NCBI GenBank assembly: GCA_964510865.1
Contig: CAZEDI010000004.1
Span: 249 to 64,248 of the forward strand
DNA: 64,000 nucleotides
Direction: 5' to 3'
From: an uncultured Halobacteriales archaeon
Lineage (GTDB): Archaea; Halobacteriota; Halobacteria; Halobacteriales; Hikarchaeaceae
Part shown: piece after piece, positions 59,756-64,000 of the stretch
Position numbering within the stretch: position 1 is the stretch's first letter
How the letters are laid out: each line of letters opens with the position of its first letter
The notes under the pieces: generated by a model
Databases searched by the model: none
The model's input: only the letters and a program-made list of their open reading frames with translations
Told to the model about the DNA's origin: nothing
Position numbers and translations under genes: made by a program

Positions 59756-60016
59756 ATGGCCACCCAAACCTACGACGATTCCAACGAGGAGGGGGTCGAG
59801 TTTATTCATGAGGACGACGGCTCCATCACGGCCAGGGATAAGGAGATTGGGGTGGCCTCGTTTGGGCATACAAAGGCCGAGGCATTGCGAATGCTCGCCG
59901 AAGCTTTTACGCTCCTTGAAGGCGGTGGGGAGCCAGTGACTGAGGAAGGTCTCGAAGAGTGGGGACTAGACTCCCAGGAAGAAGGGGACAAAGAACTGCC
60001 CGAATTCATGCAGTAG
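59756..60016 (+). CDS. hicB: HicB-family antitoxin-like protein
   Basis: EFIHEDDGSITARDKEIGVASFGHTKAEALRMLAEAFTLL is the HicB/UPF0150 fold pattern. Acidic C-terminal tail. Confidence 0.7.
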   Translation: MATQTYDDSNEEGVEFIHEDDGSITARDKEIGVASFGHTKAEALRMLAEAFTLLEGGGEPVTEEGLEEWGLDSQEEGDKELPEFMQ

Positions 60017-60262
60017 GCGTCGATAGCCAGTACGCAATTATCCGGTCACGAGATAGCCGACGTCTTGTATAACCATGGTTTTCGGGAAGCAGGCCGGACT
60101 AGAAGTCATCTCAAACTACAGTGGGGGAGTTTTGAAACCGACGAAGTACGGATCGTGTCAGTGCCTATGACTTCAGAGGACGATATCCCGAGGAATTTGA
60201 GGACCCCACCATCGACAAATGACGGACTGCGAAGTTACTCCACCGCCGGACCGTCTCGCTGA
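60017..60262 (+). pseudogene. hicA: HicA-like toxin reading frame with no canonical start, in frame with hicB across a single TAG
   Basis: LSGHEIADVLYNHGFREAGRTRSHLKLQW...RIVSVPMTSEDDIPRNLRT matches the HicA pattern (LSG..GF....GSH....VP.H...). The only start candidate is a TTG at 60065, inside the conserved N-terminus. Confidence 0.45.
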
Positions 60263-60400
60263 TCGAGTTTAGATTAGAACTGCTTTCTCACCCGAGAAAG
60301 GCAAAGGTATCCGCTTCATGATCCAACTAGAGTACTGGCTGGACAGTGATTTGGACCGAAGTTGTTCGATATGATCATGACGCCACTGCAATAGGAGGTC

Positions 60401-60692
60401 ATGATGTCTCGAAATAAGGAATACATCGCGATGTTTCCCGAGATGGAGAAGAACTTCGTTCCGAATCCATTACAGGACTGATTCCGGCCAATGCGACATT
60501 CAATCACGCCGAAGAAAGCTCACATGAGAACGCCGAACGTTTCATCAAGGGATTTGAACAGTGACACGGCATCAGGAACAGGACCGACCTGTGAGAGAAG
60601 ACAAGTTTGACTCGATGCCCGAGCGAATCAGTGAGAACTTCAACCGAGTTCGGGAGCGCTTGGCAGAAGAGCTCGGTGACGACAGCGAGTAA
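60401..60692 (+). pseudogene. possible decayed small gene read through three frames
   Basis: AGGAGG then ATG at 60401. MMSRNKEYIAMFPEMEKNFVPNPLQD* / IPANATFNHAEESSHENAERFIKGFEQ* / TRHQEQDRPVREDKFDSMPERISENFNRVRERLAEELGDDSE*. The segments abut at 60481 and 60564. Confidence 0.25.
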
Positions 60693-60879
60693 CTTTCAAG
60701 ATCAGTTTATTCAATAAACGGCCGTCCGCACCTGCAAGGAGCGTCGGGCGGCCTCAGCTTCCAGCGGGAGCGGGGGTGATTAGAGTCATATATTTCCCGA
60801 ATTAAATAGAATTATCACAAAAATAACTATTTGAATAAATTAGACAATTTCTTATGGTGGTGCTAAGTAGGCTGATGAC

Positions 60880-62193
60880 ATGAAACAAACCTCTTCGGAT
60901 ATTCAAGAGATCATCACCGGTGAGCCGTTCCAAGAACTGGATGAAATCCTTAAAATTGCTGATGAGGATGGATTCGTTCTTGAAGCAAATGAGTATGAAC
61001 TCAAGGAGGCGATGGCAGATCTTGAACAATTGTTAGAGTATTTAGAAACTGCTATCGAGAGTGAAATATTAGATAATTTCACCCACCCAGAGCGCCAGAG
61101 TATCATTGAGCGATTGAAGAAAATTCGAGGAGAGTTAAACAATATAAAAAATGACAGAAATGACCACGTGGCTCAACTGATTAATCAGACTGCTGACTTA
61201 AAGAAACTTGTTCTCCGTGAGCTGAATCTGAAGTACGAAGTTGCTGATCATATTGACTATTCAGAACAAATACAGGAAATCCAGGAATTGACAGAAGAGC
61301 AAATTGAGCTACTCAGTGTCTTACGAGATGCCGAAGATATTGTGAGTGAAATTTCTGAGTTCGAACAACGATTAGAGGAAATGTCCTCTAATGCGCAAAC
61401 TGAGTTGTCCAATATTCAGGATTTGCGGTCAGATGTTGAATCTGAAGTAGATCAATTCAAAAGCTTTCTCGATCGACAAAACGACGAGTTATCGAATAGA
61501 CGAGATGAGGTGGACCGACTAACAAATGAAATCGAATCGGACCACGAACGAGCCAACCAGATGACTAATAATATTGAGAACTTAGAAGAACAACTTTCTA
61601 ATAATATAACGAAGGTAGACCGTCTTCGAGAAGAACTCAATAATTTGGTTAATCGAGCTTCATCTCTTCAGGACGATGTGGATGATCTTTTATCTGGAGC
61701 TGTTAGTGGAACTCTAGGCAAACGATTCGAAGAGAGGAAAATGGAGCTGGAAAATTCCTCGCGGTATTGGAGCCATATGACCTTGGTCGCAGTGATATTA
61801 TTAATTGGATCGGCATACCTAATTTTCCAAGACATCGTTGGACGAAGCGAGGTAGGATTCACAACAATTTCAAAATTGGCACTTTTGCTTCCAGTCTCGG
61901 TTGCGGTTTGGTTCACAGCAAGTAACTATGGAAGGGAAAGGAAACTTTTGGAAGAATATGCCTTCAAAACAAGTGTATCACTTTCATTAGACGGATTTAG
62001 GGAAGTTTTGGAAAAACAAGTTCCAGAAGAAGAAGACTCGACGATTAGTGACTTCCTTATTTCTTCAATGGCCACTATCTATACAAATCCCCTGTTTAAT
62101 CTTGCTAAATCTGATAGTGATGAGAATCCAGAGGATGGTACAAGTTTCGGGACCATGAGAAAACTAGCGGATTCTATACGTAATAGGAATTAG
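60880..62193 (+). CDS. AT-rich foreign gene: about 290-aa acidic coiled-coil N-domain, 2-TM hairpin, about 90-aa cytoplasmic tail; no family recognised
   Basis: Long clean ORF in the most AT-rich stretch of the window, with AAA/AAT/TTA/GAA-rich codon usage unlike its neighbours. Heptad-like E/L/N/Q-rich sequence to about residue 290. TM1 MTLVAVILLIGSAYLIF, TM2 ISKLALLLPVSVAVWFTA (about 61768-61920). No signal peptide. Confidence 0.75.
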   Translation: MKQTSSDIQEIITGEPFQELDEILKIADEDGFVLEANEYELKEAMADLEQLLEYLETAIESEILDNFTHPERQSIIERLKKIRGELNNIKNDRNDHVAQLINQTADLKKLVLRELNLKYEVADHIDYSEQIQEIQELTEEQIELLSVLRDAEDIVSEISEFEQRLEEMSSNAQTELSNIQDLRSDVESEVDQFKSFLDRQNDELSNRRDEVDRLTNEIESDHERANQMTNNIENLEEQLSNNITKVDRLREELNNLVNRASSLQDDVDDLLSGAVSGTLGKRFEERKMELENSSRYWSHMTLVAVILLIGSAYLIFQDIVGRSEVGFTTISKLALLLPVSVAVWFTASNYGRERKLLEEYAFKTSVSLSLDGFREVLEKQVPEEEDSTISDFLISSMATIYTNPLFNLAKSDSDENPEDGTSFGTMRKLADSIRNRN

Positions 62194-62391
62194 TAACTAG
62201 GTCTGGGTTATAGTTATACTTAGATTGGAATCGAATCCGATTTGTTCCCATTATCTGCCGGAGCTAAGCTCGCCAAGTTTGGTGAGGAGTACGGACTAAT
62301 CGAGATCGCGTATGAACAGCTCGGGGCGAGGTCCCACGACTACGGTGCGGCGTCATCTGGATCATAGTCCGCACCAGACGCGTCTAGATCC

Positions 62392-62886
62392 ATGACAGAG
62401 TCACCGAGGAGGCTGTCGACAGGCCGATCAGCGTCAGCAGGCCAGCGTTCGTATAAACAGCGCGGCGAGCGGTTCATCGCCCTGGACGACGAGACCTGCG
62501 CTGTGCTCGATGACTGGATTGCCGACCAACGGCCAGATGTCGAGGACGAGGACGGCCGGAAACGGGTCGATCGGCAATCCGAGCAACCGGCGGACGCGAT
62601 CCATTTCGGAAGCGAGATCCACGACGTTCTCGGAGGTGGCATTGCGGTGGATGCGAAGGTAGTGCAGGACGACGTGTTTCCAGCCAGCGAAACCGTGACC
62701 TGACGGGTTACTGACCTGTGCTCGTCCAGCGTCCCATTGCTTTCGCGCGAGACTCGCCACGCGCGTGATGAAGTGGAATTGAGAGGTGTCGATTGGCCGT
62801 ACCCATCTCGAATTCAGGAACTTCTGGGCTACGCTCCTCCTTAGAAGCCGCCTCCTCGCCGCGCCCGATGGGGCCACCGCCAACAC
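62392..62886. pseudogene. possible tyrosine-recombinase (integrase) remnants; strand and frame ambiguous
   Basis: Plus strand 62467-62559: GERFIALDDETCAVLDDWIADQRPDVEDEDGR resembles the haloarchaeal integrase segment GER.v.L....C..L.DYI...R.DV.D..GR. Minus strand 62593-62886 has a weaker N-domain-like stretch (VVLHYLRIHRNATSENVVDLASEMDRV). No intact catalytic domain was seen. Confidence 0.3.
62776..62831. repeat. imperfect direct repeat, copy A (partner at 63706-63763)
   Basis: gaattgagaggtgtcgattggccgtacccatctcgaattcaggaacttctgggcta versus copy B. About four-fifths identical by hand alignment, with single-base gaps. Confidence 0.55.
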
Positions 62887-62969
62887 CTGGGCCTAGCTTG
62901 GCGGCAAGCAGGCAAGGCCGTTCACGCCGATAGTGGCGGATAACGCGTGAAGAAAATTCCTCAGTTAGT

Positions 62970-63584
62970 TCATTCCGGTAACTCGGATTCCCTTGGCATG
63001 ACAGAAAGCGCGCCGGAGTCGTCGATTGTTATCAACACGGTGAGAGTCATTTCCAGAACATCAGTATCTAACCGGACTACATCCTGAAACGTGTACTCTC
63101 CGGGCGGATAACAAGTTTCGGAGTCGGCCTCGTTATACAGGGAAAAGGTAGCCGTGGCGCTTTCACCCGGTGCCAACGTTTCCCCTCTCAAGACGGCATT
63201 CACGGTGACCTCTTGGCTCTCCTCGAACTGCCAACAACCATCCATGGGTCCCGTCGGTTGGTTGTGGATGTCATCAGCTGCAGGCACGACGATTAGCCCT
63301 TCAGGTTGTTGGGTACTGCCTGCCGTAAACATCAGCGATTGACCATAACCCACGGTTACCGCCTGCTCTCCCTCGTTGGTTAACGAAACACGGAATTGTG
63401 GAGGGGAGGACTCCGACGGCTGTGTGACCATCGTCGAAATGAACGAAAACTGGTAGTCTGAAGGTGAAGGGGTCGAAGTCGTTGTTGGAGATTCCTCTCG
63501 GAGTGAGGTCACGCAACCAGCCAACCCGAACAAGAGGGATGAACCGCCGTAGTGGAGAACCTTTCTACGAGTGACGGAGGGCAT
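62970..63584 (-). CDS. Tat-type lipoprotein, function unknown
   Basis: MPSVTRRKVLHYGGSSLLFGLAGC (RR motif plus lipobox), Ser/Thr/Pro linker, beta-rich mature domain with two Cys. Confidence 0.65.
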   Translation of the reverse strand: MPSVTRRKVLHYGGSSLLFGLAGCVTSLREESPTTTSTPSPSDYQFSFISTMVTQPSESSPPQFRVSLTNEGEQAVTVGYGQSLMFTAGSTQQPEGLIVVPAADDIHNQPTGPMDGCWQFEESQEVTVNAVLRGETLAPGESATATFSLYNEADSETCYPPGEYTFQDVVRLDTDVLEMTLTVLITIDDSGALSVMPRESELPE

Positions 63585-63705
63585 GTACGAAAGGGTATTC
63601 GGGATCATACATATGCCTTCTGTGAGTTTATTCGGAGATCGGTACGCAGGTCCAGAAATTCACCAAGATCCCCACACAGTGCCGAGCAGCTTACGGCGAC
63701 CGCAA

Positions 63706-63763
63706 GAATTTAGAGGTGTTGATTGGCCAGTATCCATCACGAATTCAGAGAACCACACGGCTA
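63706..63763. repeat. imperfect direct repeat, copy B (partner at 62776-62831)
   Basis: gaatttagaggtgttgattggccagtatccatcacgaattcagagaaccacacggcta. Lies about 70 nt from the tRNA-Ala 3' end. Confidence 0.55.
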
Positions 63764-63830
63764 TCTGCTTACAGGGTAGTTACAAGATTCCCCACTCCGT
63801 CTAATCCTTTTTCGGCGTGAGGTTCGCGCA

Positions 63831-63902
63831 TGGACTCGCCGGGATTTGAACCCGGGGCCTCTTCCTTGCGAAGGAAGCGATCTGCCGCTGATCTACGAGC
63901 CC
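63831..63902 (-). tRNA. tRNA-Ala (anticodon CGC)
   Basis: Hand-folded from the reverse complement: GGGCTCG TA GATC AGCGGCA GATC G CTTCC TTCGCAA GGAAG AGGCC CCGGG TTCAAAT CCCGG CGAGTCC A. All stems pair. G3:U70 is the Ala identity pair. U33 and purine-37 are present. CCA is not encoded. Confidence 0.9.
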
Positions 63903-64000
63903 GCATCCAGTCGTACCGCATTGCGTTATTTCAGCGTTGCGTTCTCTACACGGAGCAGCCGCGCTCGCCCGGAAAGCATTCCGAGGACGAGTCCCACGAA

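Larger units (their letters stand above)
59510..63830. mobile_element. compositionally mosaic genomic island abutting the 3' end of tRNA-Ala (likely a decayed integrated element)
   Basis: GC falls well below the flanking chromosome, very strongly at 60700-62230. Contents are TA-like genes, frameshifted ORFs, possible integrase remnants and imperfect direct repeats. The tRNA gene's 3' end faces the island. Confidence 0.4.

Noticed and set aside
59480-59760. A partial tRNA-Ala 3' copy (att repeat) at the left edge of the island
   Set aside because: Scanning by eye, I could not find a copy of the tRNA 3' segment (…GGGATTTGAACCCGG…) here or elsewhere in the window. The left boundary therefore remains undefined.
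62340-62886. Track ORFs 62434-62886 (150 aa) and 62340-62642 (100 aa) as intact genes
   Set aside because: They overlap each other and the plus-strand integrase-like segment, and they lack start contexts and catalytic motifs. I treated them as debris.

Overview
GC-rich (roughly two-thirds G+C by eye) chromosomal segment of a haloarchaeon (class Halobacteria). Supporting signs are an acidic proteome, twin-arginine/lipobox signal peptides, PGF-CTERM tails, TATA-like boxes about 25-35 nt upstream of start codons, and many small CxxC zinc-finger ORFs. I call about 65 protein genes and one tRNA. I saw no rRNA and no CRISPR array. Most of the window is housekeeping: cobA, engB, NOG1 GTPase, hisE, pdxT, Sec61beta, thioredoxin, npdG, archaemetzincin, csp, ABCE1, riboflavin synthase, FAU-1, uvrA, sepF and RNase R. 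Accessory content includes: (i) a Tat-secreted S8 halolysin-like protease and a GH10 xylanase 35 kb away that share a C-terminal module I do not recognise, each behind a long AT-rich leader; (ii) an orphan copper nitrite reductase fused to a C-terminal halocyanin domain; (iii) a RuBisCO-like protein paired with an Asp/Glu-racemase-superfamily gene; (iv) a compositionally mosaic island of about 4.3 kb (about 59.5-63.8 kb) next to tRNA-Ala(CGC). The island carries a HicB/HicA-like pair separated by a single in-frame TAG, decayed ORFs, a very AT-rich gene for a coiled-coil protein with a 2-TM hairpin, possible integrase remnants, and imperfect direct repeats flanking a lipoprotein gene. Many long ORFs in the supplied track are antisense or out-of-frame shadows of real genes, as expected at this GC content. 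All family assignments come from motif reading of the translations, not from database searches.
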